64,000 nucleotides of DNA from an uncultured Actinomycetes bacterium (GCA_963717845.1 CAVQXH010000001.1:1825865-1889864); one strand, 5' to 3'; shown: positions 41,204-51,248, counted from the stretch's first letter. The notes: generated from the sequence alone by a model not told the origin. Numbers and translations: made by a program.

Positions 41204-41848
41204 ATGACATACGCAGAATCGATCCCGATGGGCGGACAGGGCCGACGCGGCCGCCGCTGCCATCGGGGCATGTTGATGTTCGCCGGCAAGCGCCGGCACG
41301 GCCGTGATCCCTTCGGGTTCGGCGGCTGGGGGCCGGGCCGGGGCGGGCCCGCAGCGTTCTTCGGCGGTGGCCGCCGGGCCGGCCGGGGCGACATCCGCGC
41401 CGCCATCCTGGCGCTCCTCGCCGAGCAGGAGATGCACGGCTACCAGATCATCCGCGAGCTCAGCGAGCGCACCGGTGGTGCCTGGCAGCCGAGCCCCGGA
41501 TCGGTCTACCCGACCTTGCAGCAGCTCGAGGACGAGGAGCTCGTCACCGAGCAGAAGTCCGACACCGGCCGGCGCGTGTACGAGCTGACCGAGGCCGGGC
41601 GCGAGCGGGCGGCGGCGCTGCCGTCGCCGGCCCCCTGGGAGCAGGCCGCCGCCGAGGCCCAGGACGAGCACGCCGACCTGCGCGGCCTGGTGTTCCAGGT
41701 GCTCGGGGCGGTGCGTCAGGTCGCCGGAGCGGGCACGCCCGCGCAGATCGAGGCGGCTTCCGAGGTGCTGCGCTCCGCGCGGCGCAGCCTGTACCAGATC
41801 CTGGCCGAGGACGAGGCTCCCGGCGAGGAGCCCGGCACCACGGTCTAG
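41204..41848 (+). CDS. PadR family transcriptional regulator with an Arg/Gly-rich N-terminal extension
   Basis: DIRAAILALLAEQEMHGYQIIRELSERTGGAWQPSPGSVYPTLQQLEDEELVTEQK..GRRVYELTEAGR is a canonical PadR wHTH, preceded by about 60 aa of RG/FG-rich sequence. Confidence 0.9.
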   Translation: MTYAESIPMGGQGRRGRRCHRGMLMFAGKRRHGRDPFGFGGWGPGRGGPAAFFGGGRRAGRGDIRAAILALLAEQEMHGYQIIRELSERTGGAWQPSPGSVYPTLQQLEDEELVTEQKSDTGRRVYELTEAGRERAAALPSPAPWEQAAAEAQDEHADLRGLVFQVLGAVRQVAGAGTPAQIEAASEVLRSARRSLYQILAEDEAPGEEPGTTV

Positions 41849-42771
41849 CCCAGAGGCACCGGGTTCGACCAGGCCGTCCCGCCGCCGCCGTCCGCAAGCT
41901 CGATGCGGCCGGCGGCGGCGCCGGGCGGCGGCGAGAGCTCCACGGCCGTGATCAGGCCGGCCGAATCGCGTTCGACGATCTTCGAGCGGTGCCGGTAGGC
42001 CAGGCGGCCGACGTTCGCGCGGGCGCCGTCCTCGGGCCCGGTCAGGAGGGTCACCGACCGGCACGGGCTAGAGCGCACCAGGATGCCCCCGGCGGTCGGC
42101 TCGATCGCGTCGAAGCGCGGCCCGGTCGTCCCGTAGCCGGCACCCGTGCGCAGCGCCTCGAGCACGCCTGCGGCGGTGGGCTCCTTGACCCGCGCCATCG
42201 TCCAGGCGTAGCCGGAGTCAAAGCCGGCGTAGTGGGTGTCGTCGCAGGCGACCGCGAAGCAGGACTGCCCCGAGTCGAGCAGCATGTCCCAGTGCACCGC
42301 CGAGAGGCCGCGCCCGTTCTCGATCTCACAGCCGGCGTTGTACACCTCGACCCCGGCGACGGCCGGCAGGCCCCTGACCTCGTCCATCGGAGCGCCGCTC
42401 CAGTAGGGATGGGCGACGTAGGCAATGCCGCCGTGATCGGCCACGAACTGCATCGCGTCGGGCAGGTCCGGGTAGGAGCGCTCGTCCTCGGCGTCGACGT
42501 CGGGCTCCCGTTCGAGCCCGTAGACGAGCACGTCCACCCAGCCGCCGGTCGTTGTGCGGCACGTGAGCTCGATCCCGCGCACGAGCACGATGTCGTCGCG
42601 CTCCGGCGGCTCGGTGATCGTCCAGTGGTCGGTGACGGCGAGCGCATCCCACTCGGCAAGCGCGTAGTGGTCGGCGAGCGCGTGGGGCCGCAGCTCGCCG
42701 TCGGAGCGGGTGGTATGGGCATGCAGCGCGCAGCGCAGCCAGGTGCCCTCGATCGCGAAGGGGTTCGTCAT
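41845..42771 (-). CDS. PHP-domain (CehA/McbA-like) metallohydrolase
   Basis: The start is taken at MTNPFAIEG (42771), within the long ORF 41845..44892. LRCALHAHTTRSDG (HxH)..VTDHW..AYVAHPYW..CDDTHY. Confidence 0.8.
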   Translation of the reverse strand: MTNPFAIEGTWLRCALHAHTTRSDGELRPHALADHYALAEWDALAVTDHWTITEPPERDDIVLVRGIELTCRTTTGGWVDVLVYGLEREPDVDAEDERSYPDLPDAMQFVADHGGIAYVAHPYWSGAPMDEVRGLPAVAGVEVYNAGCEIENGRGLSAVHWDMLLDSGQSCFAVACDDTHYAGFDSGYAWTMARVKEPTAAGVLEALRTGAGYGTTGPRFDAIEPTAGGILVRSSPCRSVTLLTGPEDGARANVGRLAYRHRSKIVERDSAGLITAVELSPPPGAAAGRIELADGGGGTAWSNPVPLG

Positions 42772-42812
42772 CGGCGTGCGCGCGAATCTACCAGCGCCCT
42801 TCCTGCGCTGAG

Positions 42813-44828
42813 TCAGGCGGACGCCGCCCGGCGCAGCGGCACGACGTTTCCGACCGAGTGCTGCTCTGTCCCGGGCAGCGCGACCAGGGGAGTCAGGCCC
42901 GCGGCGCCGCCCGGCGTGGGCCGGCCGAGCAGGTAGCCCTGACCCGAGCTCGCGCCGAGGCTCGTGATCGTGTGCAGCTCGGCAGGCGTCTCGATGCCTT
43001 CCGCGCAGATGAGCGCCTGCGCGCTGTCGGCGAAGAACACGAACGCCCGGACGACGGCGGCCTTGAGCGGATCCGTGTCGACGCCGGCGACGAGCGAGCG
43101 GTCGAGCTTGATCACGTCCGGGCGCATCCGCACCAGCTGGGCGAACCCGGCGTAGCCGGCGCCGGCGTCGTCGACCGCGATCCGCGCCCCCCGGGCGCGC
43201 AGCTCGTGCAGCGCATGCTCGAGCTCGGGGCCCTCGGTGACCAGGGCATCCTCGGTCACCTCGATCGTGATCGCCGAGAGATCGTCGGGCAGGCCGATCC
43301 GGTTGCGGGCGCTGAGCAGCACCTTCGGGCTGATGTTGAGGTTGATGGACGGAACGGCCGGACGGTCGGGCGCGTCGAGCGCCGCCCGCACCGCGGCCGC
43401 CTCGAGCTCGATGGCGAGGTCGTGGGCATGGGCGAGCTCGAACCACTCCTGCGGGTTTCGCCAGTCGGCCTCGGGAAAGCGTGACAGCGCCTCGTGCCCC
43501 AGCACCTCGCCCGTCTGGAGATCGACGATCGGCTGGAACACCGGCGTGATCGCGGTCGGGTTGTCGATGATGGCGAGCAGCTCGGCCCGCTCGGCCTCGG
43601 CGTTGCTGGGCGCGTTCTCGAGCGCGCGGCTGTAGCTGCGCGTGCCGGACCGCGTCGGCTTGCCCGCGATGAGGGCCATGTCGGCGCGGCGCAGGAGCTC
43701 GTCGGCCGTCATGCCGGGCGAGGCGCTGGCGATCCCGATCGTGGCCGTGATGATCGCCCCGCGGCCGGCGCGCAGCGCCGCGTGCACGGCGTCGGCGATC
43801 CGCTCGGCGCGCTGGTTGCGTCCCGCCGCGATGATCGCGAACTCGTCGCCGCCGATGCGGTAGGGCACCGCGTCGATGCCCTCGCAGGCGGTGGTGAGCG
43901 CGGCCGCGAGCTGGCAGATGCGCTCGTCGCCGACCTGATGGCCGAGGCCGTCGTTGACCGCCTTCAGGCCGTCCATGTCGACGAGCAGCGCATGCAGGCC
44001 GCTGTCGCCTGCGAGCGAGCGGCGGATGTCCTCTTGGAAGCAGCGGTGGTTGCGCAGGCCCGTGAGGCTGTCGCGCAGGGCCGCGTCGCGCAGGTGCCCG
44101 ATCTCGCGCCGGTTCGCCTCGGCCAGGCGCCGGCGCAGGCGCAGCATCCGCACCACCGTCCACGAGATCGTCAGGCAGAGGATGCCGGTGATCACGACCA
44201 CGATGCTGGCGCGGCGATCGGTCGTCTGCGAGCTCGCGAGGCTCGCGTTCGCCTCGCGCTGGTGGCCGGCGACCTGGCGATCGGCAATCCGCAGCATGCT
44301 GCCGAGCAGCGGGCGCACGACCGTCGAGTCGACGGCACCCACGCCCTGCGCGTTCAGGTTCGCAGCCATCGTGGTCACGCGGTCGACGCCGATCGCGAGC
44401 CGGCGGCCGTCGCGGTTGAGCGCCGCGATCGCGCGCCGCTCGGCGCTGGGCGCCTCGGAGTCGCGGCCGGAGACCGACGCGGTGAGCTGCGCCAGGGCGA
44501 TGTCGACCGAGCCCGTTGAGCGCGTCAGCACGCTGCCGTTGTTCGGGACGGGGTTGATGACGTATGCGTGCTCGGCCAGCTCGAGCCGCTCGATGGCGTC
44601 GCGCGCGCGGGTGTAGGCGCCTGCGGCGACCGAGGCCGTCCGCACGCGCTCGCTCGCCCGGCTTGTCGTCGAGATGGTGAACCACGAGAGCGCCGTCAGC
44701 CCCGCCATCGCCACGACCGTGGCCACCAGGACCGCAGCGGACCAGCCCGCTTCGCGCAGGAAGTGGAGCCGCTGGGTGGGGCTGTTCTGTGCCGTTCCGC
44801 CGGCCGGCGCGGTGGCGTTCTGGAGCAC
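42813..44828 (-). CDS. membrane-bound GGDEF-EAL protein (diguanylate cyclase/phosphodiesterase) with a periplasmic sensor loop
   Basis: Two TM segments flank a ~170-aa loop. RDSLTGLRN..VDMDGLKAVND..YRIGGDEFAI (GGDEF). FQPIVDL..GHEALSR (EAL)..DDAGAGY..IKLDRSLV..CAEGIET. Confidence 0.9.
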   Translation of the reverse strand: MLQNATAPAGGTAQNSPTQRLHFLREAGWSAAVLVATVVAMAGLTALSWFTISTTSRASERVRTASVAAGAYTRARDAIERLELAEHAYVINPVPNNGSVLTRSTGSVDIALAQLTASVSGRDSEAPSAERRAIAALNRDGRRLAIGVDRVTTMAANLNAQGVGAVDSTVVRPLLGSMLRIADRQVAGHQREANASLASSQTTDRRASIVVVITGILCLTISWTVVRMLRLRRRLAEANRREIGHLRDAALRDSLTGLRNHRCFQEDIRRSLAGDSGLHALLVDMDGLKAVNDGLGHQVGDERICQLAAALTTACEGIDAVPYRIGGDEFAIIAAGRNQRAERIADAVHAALRAGRGAIITATIGIASASPGMTADELLRRADMALIAGKPTRSGTRSYSRALENAPSNAEAERAELLAIIDNPTAITPVFQPIVDLQTGEVLGHEALSRFPEADWRNPQEWFELAHAHDLAIELEAAAVRAALDAPDRPAVPSINLNISPKVLLSARNRIGLPDDLSAITIEVTEDALVTEGPELEHALHELRARGARIAVDDAGAGYAGFAQLVRMRPDVIKLDRSLVAGVDTDPLKAAVVRAFVFFADSAQALICAEGIETPAELHTITSLGASSGQGYLLGRPTPGGAAGLTPLVALPGTEQHSVGNVVPLRRAASA

Positions 44829-44933
44829 GGGGAATCCTCGTGGAGACGCTTGGGGTCATGCTCAGAGTGGCGGACGCCCGAATGGGTGACAACCACCCGG
44901 AAAGGTGTCATCGTTCTGACGTAGGGTGATGGG

Positions 44934-45473
44934 GTGCGCATCCCGCGGCTCACGACGCCCCGGCTGATCGTCCGCGAGCTGCATGCCGCCGACCGGGCCG
45001 CGGTCGAGCACGTGGCCGGAGGCGACCGGGCGCGGTGGCTCGAGTGGACCGGCCTGGCCTACGAGCAGCTCGATGAGCTGCGCCAGCCGCCCTACGGCGA
45101 GCGCGGGATCGAGCTGCGCGAGTCGGGCGAGCTGGTCGGACTGGTGGGGCTCGTGCCGGCGCTCGGCCCGTTCGGGCTCCTGCCCTCGTGGCCGGAGCCG
45201 GGCCGCCGTTATCGCCCCGAGGTCGGCATGTACTGGGCGGTCGCGCCGGAGCATCGCCGCCGCGGCATCGCCGCCGAGGCGGCCGCCGCCCTGATCGCCT
45301 ACGCATTCGCCGAGGTGGGGCTCGACCGCGTGATCGCCACCACCGAGCACTGCAACGTTGCGTCGATCGGCGTCATGCGCCGGCTCGGCATGCGCATCGA
45401 GCGCAACCCCGAGCCCGAGCCCGCCTGGTTCCAGGTGGTCGGGATCCTCGCCGCCGGCGCGCCCGGCCCGTGA
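44934..45473 (+). CDS. GNAT family N-acetyltransferase
   Basis: RLIVRELHAAD..VGMYWAVAPEHRRRGIAAEAAAALIAYAF..LDRVIATTEHCNVASIGVMRRLGM. The GTG lies 6 nt after TAGGGT (leaderless layout). Confidence 0.85.
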   Translation: MRIPRLTTPRLIVRELHAADRAAVEHVAGGDRARWLEWTGLAYEQLDELRQPPYGERGIELRESGELVGLVGLVPALGPFGLLPSWPEPGRRYRPEVGMYWAVAPEHRRRGIAAEAAAALIAYAFAEVGLDRVIATTEHCNVASIGVMRRLGMRIERNPEPEPAWFQVVGILAAGAPGP

Positions 45474-45514
45474 CGCCGTGGCAAGATCCCGATCCAGACG
45501 AGAAAGGGGAGAGC

Positions 45515-45841
45515 GTGGAGACATCCGCACCAGGGAAGTTCCAGATCGTGATCCGCTTCCGGGGACCCGACTACGAGGCGTGGAAGACCGTGTTCGACGC
45601 CCACGAGCCGCAGCGGGTGAAACACGGTGCGGTCGGACACTGGATCGCGCGCTCGGTCGACGATCCCAAGGAGTACATCGGAGTGGTGGAGTTCACCTCC
45701 CGCGGCGGCGCCCACGCCTACGCGGAGGATCCCGACCGTATGGACGTCCAGCGGGCGGTGCACGTGGACGGCGGCCCGCACAACAAGACCTGGGACGAGA
45801 CCATCGTCGAGACGATCGCAGCGGTCACGTACGTCGGCTGA
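45515..45841 (+). CDS. small hypothetical protein (possibly a dimeric alpha/beta-barrel fold)
   Basis: GTG at 45515 follows aaagggga. 108 aa with good composition: KFQIVIRFRGPDYEAWKTVFDAHEPQRVKHGAVGHWIARSVDDPKEYIGVVEF. The fold call is a guess. Confidence 0.6.
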   Translation: METSAPGKFQIVIRFRGPDYEAWKTVFDAHEPQRVKHGAVGHWIARSVDDPKEYIGVVEFTSRGGAHAYAEDPDRMDVQRAVHVDGGPHNKTWDETIVETIAAVTYVG

Positions 45842-45846
45842 GGCGA

Positions 45847-46638
45847 GTGGCCGGCCTCCACTTCGAGACCGCCGGCGCGGGCGACCCGCTGGTGCTCGTC
45901 CACGCCGGCATCTGCGACAGCGGCATGTGGGACCCGCAATGGCGTTCGCTCGCCGGGTCGCATCGCCTGCTGCGCCATGACATGCGCGGCTTCGGCCGCT
46001 CGCCGCTGCCGCCGGGGCCCTATTCGAACGCGCGCGACCTGCTGGACGTCATGGACGCGGCCGGGTTCGGCCGGGCCGCAATCGCCGGCACCTCGCTGGG
46101 CGGCAGGGTCGCGCTCGAGGTTGCCGTGGCCGCGCCCGACCGCGTGTCCGCCCTCGTGCTGGTCGGCTCGGGCCTGACCGGCCACGAATGGTCACAGGCG
46201 GCGCGCGACTACGGCGCCGCCGAGGATGCGGCCGTCGAGCGAGGCGACCTCGACGCCGCCGCCGAGCTCAACGTGCGCTTCTGGGTGGACGGGCCGCAGC
46301 GCGACGCGACGCAGGTGGACGCCGCGGTGCGCGACCACGTCCGGGCGATGCAGCGGCGGGCGCTCGACCTGCAGGTGCCGATGTGGGAGGAGGCCGACGA
46401 GGAGCCGCTCGTACCGGATCTGGGCGATCGCCTCGGCGAGGTCCGCCAGCCCGCGCTCGTGCTGGTGGGCGAGGTCGACCAGCCGGACATCCACGCGATC
46501 GCGGCCCGGCTCGTCGCGGGCATCCCGGACGCCGCCTTCGCGACGATCCCGGCCGCCGCGCACCTGCCGAGCCTCGAGCGGCCCGAGCCGTTCGACCGGC
46601 TCGTGACCGGCTTCCTCAGTGCGAGCGCACCGGCCTGA
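45847..46638 (+). CDS. alpha/beta hydrolase fold protein
   Basis: PLVLVHAGICDSGMWDPQW..MRGFGRSP..IAGTSLGGRVALE (GxSxG)..LVLVGS..IPAAAHLPSLERPE. Confidence 0.85.
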   Translation: MAGLHFETAGAGDPLVLVHAGICDSGMWDPQWRSLAGSHRLLRHDMRGFGRSPLPPGPYSNARDLLDVMDAAGFGRAAIAGTSLGGRVALEVAVAAPDRVSALVLVGSGLTGHEWSQAARDYGAAEDAAVERGDLDAAAELNVRFWVDGPQRDATQVDAAVRDHVRAMQRRALDLQVPMWEEADEEPLVPDLGDRLGEVRQPALVLVGEVDQPDIHAIAARLVAGIPDAAFATIPAAAHLPSLERPEPFDRLVTGFLSASAPA

Positions 46639-48625
46639 GCGAGCGCGCGATGGCGAGCATCTCGGGGTCGGTCAGGTCGTCGAGCAGCGTGTTCTGCACC
46701 CAGTAGGCGATGCCGCCCTGGACAAAGGCGATGGTCTGGATGTGGCTGCCGTTGAAGAAGAAGAGGTAGTCGCGGCCGTCCAGGTGGCGGGTGGCGTTGG
46801 GCGTCTCGAGCAGCGGAGCGGCCGTGAAGCGCGTCTCCTCGATGCCCCAGTACGCGTCGCCGCTCGGGCTCGCCATGTGGAACACGGCGTAGGTCGAGTT
46901 CAGGCCGTGCCCCGCCGCGGGGATGGCGTAGACGCGGGTGGGTGAGGTCGATGTGCCCTGGCAGCTCAGCACGCCGGGCCCGGCCGGCGCCGGCACCCAC
47001 GGGCACAGGGTCGAGTCGGCCTGGGCGACCGTCGGGTACATGACCGGGAAGTGCAGCGCCTGCTGCGCGTGCACGAAGTCGGCCCGGTAGGACGACGTGG
47101 GCGTGATCGTCGATGGCGGGCCCGTCGGCCGCTTGGGCTGCTTCTTCGGCGCCGTCACCGCCAGCTTGCCCTTGAACCCCGGGCCGATCACGAGAGCGAC
47201 CTGCACCCGCGGTCCGGTCATCGCCGCGACCGCGGCGGGCATGGCGGCGGCCGAGGCGTTGCCGACGATGTGGGCCAGGTCGGCGGCTGCGGCCGCCGCG
47301 CCGGGGCGGTAGTAGGCCCACGTCGTCGTGTACCCCGAGCCGGGAGCGTTCCCGGCCTTGGCGGTGTAGCCCCACGCCTTGAGGGCCTTGACCGTGCGCC
47401 CGGCGGCGCCGTTCAGGCCGTTGCCGTTCAGCACCGCCACCTTCACGCCCGTCGGTGTCACCGCCGGCTTCCACACGGGCTTCTTGTGCGCCGGCTTGCC
47501 GGGCAGCGTCCCGGCGGCGCTCGAGAGCAGCCAGGGGTGCTTCCACTGGAAGATCGCCTGGGAGAGGTTCGTCACGTTCAGCGCCGCCTCGCCGTCCGGG
47601 GCCGTGTAGGGCGTCCAGCCGAGGTGCACGCTGACGATGTGCGACCGGGCGTTGTAGGCGGTGGCGGCGAAGCTCAGGAGGGTGCGCGGACTGGGGGCGT
47701 GGCCGCCCGGGCCGACGATCGTGACGCTGCTCGAGAGCGCTCCCAGCAGGTTGTTGATGAACGGGATGTCGGTCACCGAGATGCCGTGGATGCGGGCCGA
47801 GGCGCGGGCCTCGAACGCGCGCAGGAACATCTGCTGGCGGGCCTGGCGGTGGAAGTCGTCGTCGGTGTGGCGGTAGCGCGAGAAGGCGAGAGCGTCGGCG
47901 CCGCTCAGGCGCTGGTACCCGGGCTTCACGTCGATCGCCGAGAAGCCCGTGTACTGCGACTGCGCCGGCGGGTTGTAGTAGTACTGGTCGACGTTCACGT
48001 AGATCCCGCCGAGCGTGTCCACGAGCCGCTGGAAGCCGGTGAAGTCGACGTTCAAGAGGTAGTTGGGCTTGACGCCGGTCACCGCCTCCACCGTCTCCAG
48101 CGAGCGGGCGTCACCGCCCTCGGAGTAGGCGGAGTTGATCTTGGCGCCCAGGCTCGGCACCCACAGGTCGCGCGGGATCGAGAGCAGCGAGACCATGTGG
48201 TGCTTCGGATCGAGCCGCGCCAGCATCAGCGTGTCGGAGAGGCCGTTCTTGCCGGTCGCGCCGTTGCCGCGGTGGTCGGAGCCGATCAGGAGGGCGGTGA
48301 TCGGCTGGCTCGAGGTGGGGATCGTCGGCACGAGCTTCTTCGACGCGGTCCTGTCGGTGCCGTGCAGCTTCGTGACCTTGTTGTAGATGTTGTTCAGGTA
48401 CCAGAGCTCGTACCCGCCCGCGCCGAGCACGGCCAGCAGGATGATGCCGAGCACGGCCAGCGTCCAGCGGGCCCAGCGGGGCAGGCGGTGGCGCCTGCGG
48501 CGCCACTTGCGCCGAGGCGGCTTGGGCGGCTCGCTGCCGTATACGACCATCTTCGGTGCGCGCCGGGGGGAATCTCCCTCGCCGGGGCCTCTGGGCGGCG
48601 TCTGGGTTGCCAAACGGCTCCTCAA
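46616..48625 (-). CDS. LCP (LytR-CpsA-Psr) family protein with a LytR_C region and an additional ~190-aa C-terminal domain
   Basis: TM anchor, then ITALLIGSDHR..SDTLMLARLDP..LSIPRDLWV..INSAY..NYLLNVDFTGF..RYRHTDDDFHRQARQQ. LytR_C-like: VKVAVLNGNGLNGAAGR. The Cys-containing tail is of unknown function. Confidence 0.88.
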   Translation of the reverse strand: MRSRLATQTPPRGPGEGDSPRRAPKMVVYGSEPPKPPRRKWRRRRHRLPRWARWTLAVLGIILLAVLGAGGYELWYLNNIYNKVTKLHGTDRTASKKLVPTIPTSSQPITALLIGSDHRGNGATGKNGLSDTLMLARLDPKHHMVSLLSIPRDLWVPSLGAKINSAYSEGGDARSLETVEAVTGVKPNYLLNVDFTGFQRLVDTLGGIYVNVDQYYYNPPAQSQYTGFSAIDVKPGYQRLSGADALAFSRYRHTDDDFHRQARQQMFLRAFEARASARIHGISVTDIPFINNLLGALSSSVTIVGPGGHAPSPRTLLSFAATAYNARSHIVSVHLGWTPYTAPDGEAALNVTNLSQAIFQWKHPWLLSSAAGTLPGKPAHKKPVWKPAVTPTGVKVAVLNGNGLNGAAGRTVKALKAWGYTAKAGNAPGSGYTTTWAYYRPGAAAAAADLAHIVGNASAAAMPAAVAAMTGPRVQVALVIGPGFKGKLAVTAPKKQPKRPTGPPSTITPTSSYRADFVHAQQALHFPVMYPTVAQADSTLCPWVPAPAGPGVLSCQGTSTSPTRVYAIPAAGHGLNSTYAVFHMASPSGDAYWGIEETRFTAAPLLETPNATRHLDGRDYLFFFNGSHIQTIAFVQGGIAYWVQNTLLDDLTDPEMLAIARSLRPVRSH

Positions 48626-48768
48626 TTGCAGCGGCCGGCGGCTCGCTGCGACGTTCGCGGGGCACGGGTCGGCGGAGTATACGCCCCTCGTTTGACGGTC
48701 AGGTTGGAGACCCGTTTGACGACCGCGCGCCGAACACGGGGACGCCGGCGGGCGTCCCGGGCGTATCG

Positions 48769-49842
48769 ATGCACATGCGGATCGCCCGGATTGCGGTGGT
48801 TGTGGGGTGCTGCACAGGCGCGGCAGGGTGCGCCGGTTCGGGGGCGGGATCCTCGCCCCAAACAGCTTCCTCGCACCATGTTCGTGTGCCCCATCACCAT
48901 CCGCCCGCCGGTCACCGCCGGGTGGGCAGCCCGGCCCCCGCCGCCCCCGTGCGGCGGGTGGCGCTCGTCACCGCGGAGGGCGAGGACGAGGTGCTCGCCG
49001 TGTCGCTTCCCGGCGGTCGCGTGACCGGCCGCGTGAGGCTGGCCGCGCGCCCGACCACCGTCGCCGCGGGGGCGGCCGGTCCGGCGGTGGCGGTGAGCCC
49101 CGAGTCTGGCACCGTCACGATCCTGCGGCCGCGGACGCTGCGGCCGGTCGCCGTCCTGCGCGGCTTCCGCTCGCCCCAGATCGCGGCGGTCGCTCCCGGC
49201 GGCCACTGGGCGCTCGTGAGCGATGCGGGGGCCGGCACCGTCGCTGCGATCGACCTCGACACGGGCCGGATCGCGGATCGCGTCCGGGTCGGCCACGGCG
49301 CCCACCACCTCGCCATCAGTCCCGACGGCGCCGCCGCGTGGGTGGCGCTCGGCGAGACGGCGCGGACGATCGTCACGCTCGACTGCTCCGACATGCTGCG
49401 CCTGCGTGTGACCGGCCGGCTGCATCCGCCCGTGACGGCGCACGACCTGGCCTTCAGCCCCAGCGGAGCCACCGTGTGGGTCACCTCGGCCGCGGCGCCG
49501 TACGTGACGGTGTTCGACGCCGTGTCGGGCCGGCCCCTGGCGCGCGTGCCCGCCGGCGCGCCGCCCCAGCACGTCGCCTTCGCCGGGCCGGGCAGCCCTC
49601 GCGCCTACATCGCGAGCGGGTACGGCTCGGCGCTCGAGATGGTCGATCCGGGCAGCCGCCGGGTCGTGCGCCGGAGCGCGCTTCCGTACGGCTCCTTCAA
49701 CCTGGCCGTGGCCGGCGGCGTGGTCGTGACGACATCGCTCCTGGACGGCCGCGTGACCGAGCTCGCCGCGGCGACGCTGCGGCGGCTCGTGCAGCGCACC
49801 GTCGCGCCCGAGGCGCGCGCCGTCGCGATCGCCGGGTGGTGA
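48769..49842 (+). CDS. lipoprotein with YVTN/YncE-type beta-propeller repeats
   Basis: MHMRIARIAVVVGCCTGAAGCAG (lipobox). Repeats of the type HHLAISPDGAAAWVA, AHDLAFSPSGATVWVT and PQHVAFAG. Confidence 0.75.
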   Translation: MHMRIARIAVVVGCCTGAAGCAGSGAGSSPQTASSHHVRVPHHHPPAGHRRVGSPAPAAPVRRVALVTAEGEDEVLAVSLPGGRVTGRVRLAARPTTVAAGAAGPAVAVSPESGTVTILRPRTLRPVAVLRGFRSPQIAAVAPGGHWALVSDAGAGTVAAIDLDTGRIADRVRVGHGAHHLAISPDGAAAWVALGETARTIVTLDCSDMLRLRVTGRLHPPVTAHDLAFSPSGATVWVTSAAAPYVTVFDAVSGRPLARVPAGAPPQHVAFAGPGSPRAYIASGYGSALEMVDPGSRRVVRRSALPYGSFNLAVAGGVVVTTSLLDGRVTELAAATLRRLVQRTVAPEARAVAIAGW

Positions 49843-49866
49843 GCGCCGGGCTAGAGTCACCGGGTC

Positions 49867-50817
49867 GTGGAGCAGATGCCGATCGGACCGCTCGAGGTGT
49901 CCCGCGTGGGCCTCGGCTGCAACAACTTCGGCGGCCGGCTCGACCTGGCCCGCACGCGCGCGGTCGTGGATGCCGCCCTCGACGCCGGCATCACCTTCCT
50001 CGACACGGCCGACATCTACGGCAACCGCTCCGGGCCGGCCGTGTACGACCGGCACGGTGCGAGCGAGGCGATGCTGGGCGAGGTGCTGCACGGCCGTCGC
50101 GACCGCGTCGTCCTGGCGACCAAGTTCGGTGGGGACATGGGCGACGCCGCCCCGGCCCGAGGCGCACCCGAGTACGTGCGGCGCGCGCTTGACCGCTCGC
50201 TCGAGCGCCTGCGCACCGACCACGTCGACCTGCTGTACTACCACTGGCCGGACGACGTGACGCCGATCGCCGAGACGGTCGCCGCCATGGCCGATCTGGT
50301 GCAGGCCGGGAAGATGCGGGCGATCGGCGTCTCCAACCTGACGCTCGCCCAGCTCGACGAGGCGGCGCGCGCGGGCCCGATCGCTGCGCTCCAGAACGAG
50401 TACTCACTGCTCGAGCGCGCGGCCGAGCGCGAGCTCCTGCCGCGCTGCCGCGAGCTCGGGGTGGCGTTCGTGCCCTACTACCCGCTCGCATCCGGCCTGC
50501 TCACCGGGAAGTACCGCCACGGCCGGCCGCCTCCCGCCGGCTCGCGCTGGGACGGTGGGGAGGCCATGACCGACGGCACCTGGGTCAGCCCGGGCGTCGA
50601 GGCTTCGCAGGCGGCGTTCGCCCTCGTCGACCGCCTGGCGGCATACGCCGGCGAGCGCGGTCACAGTCTGCTCGAGCTGGCCATCGCCGGGCTTGCGTCG
50701 CGGCCGGGTGTGGCCTCGGTGATCGCGGGCGCGACGACCCCCGAGCAGGTGCGGGCAAACGCCGCCGCCGGCGATTGGGTGCTGACGCCGGAGGAGCTGC
50801 GGGCGATTCCGGCCTAG
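49867..50817 (+). CDS. aldo/keto reductase
   Basis: GLGCNNFGGRLD..GITFLDTADIYGN..DLLYYHWPD..IGVSNLT..ALQNEYSLLER..PYYPLASGLLTGKY. Confidence 0.9.
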   Translation: MEQMPIGPLEVSRVGLGCNNFGGRLDLARTRAVVDAALDAGITFLDTADIYGNRSGPAVYDRHGASEAMLGEVLHGRRDRVVLATKFGGDMGDAAPARGAPEYVRRALDRSLERLRTDHVDLLYYHWPDDVTPIAETVAAMADLVQAGKMRAIGVSNLTLAQLDEAARAGPIAALQNEYSLLERAAERELLPRCRELGVAFVPYYPLASGLLTGKYRHGRPPPAGSRWDGGEAMTDGTWVSPGVEASQAAFALVDRLAAYAGERGHSLLELAIAGLASRPGVASVIAGATTPEQVRANAAAGDWVLTPEELRAIPA

Positions 50818-51248
50818 GCGCTGGCGGAGCGCTCCGACGCTCGCAGCCGCTCGGCCAGCGTGCGCATGAGCTCGAGCGCGATCTTCGGCTCGGCCGTGAC
50901 CACCTTCAGGAACGCCGAGCGTCCGAGCAGCATCGCGAGCACCTCGGTCTGCGCCTCGACCGTGGCGGTACGCGGAGCGCCGTCGAGCAGCGCCATCTCG
51001 CCGAACGAGTCTCCGGCCTTCAGCCGCACCGAGCGCTTGCCCGGCGGCTTGACGAGCGCCTCGCCGTCGAGGATGACGTAGAAGTTGTCCGCGCGCTCGC
51101 CCGCGCGCACGATCGGGGTGTAGCGCGCGTACCGGCGGGTCTTGGCCAGGGCGGCGATCTGGTTCAGGTGGCGCTTGGAGAGGCCGGCGAACAGGGGGAT
51201 CTGGCCAAGCACATCGGCCCACCCGCGGCCCATCGCATCCGACGGCAT
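50814..51248 (-). CDS. stand-alone cyclic-nucleotide-binding domain protein
   Basis: 144 aa from MPSDAMGRGW (caggag RBS). IPLFAGLSKRHLNQIA..GERADNFYVILDGEA..GDSFGEMALLDGAPRTATVEA (FGE..RTA signature). No DNA-binding domain is present. Confidence 0.85.
   Translation of the reverse strand: MPSDAMGRGWADVLGQIPLFAGLSKRHLNQIAALAKTRRYARYTPIVRAGERADNFYVILDGEALVKPPGKRSVRLKAGDSFGEMALLDGAPRTATVEAQTEVLAMLLGRSAFLKVVTAEPKIALELMRTLAERLRASERSASA

Noticed and set aside
42772-44892. N-terminal ~700 aa of ORF 41845..44892(-)
   Set aside because: Only the last 308 aa (from MTNPFAIEG at 42771) look like a real PHP-domain protein. The upstream part is an out-of-frame read-through across the GGDEF-EAL gene, which occupies 42813..44828 in another frame.
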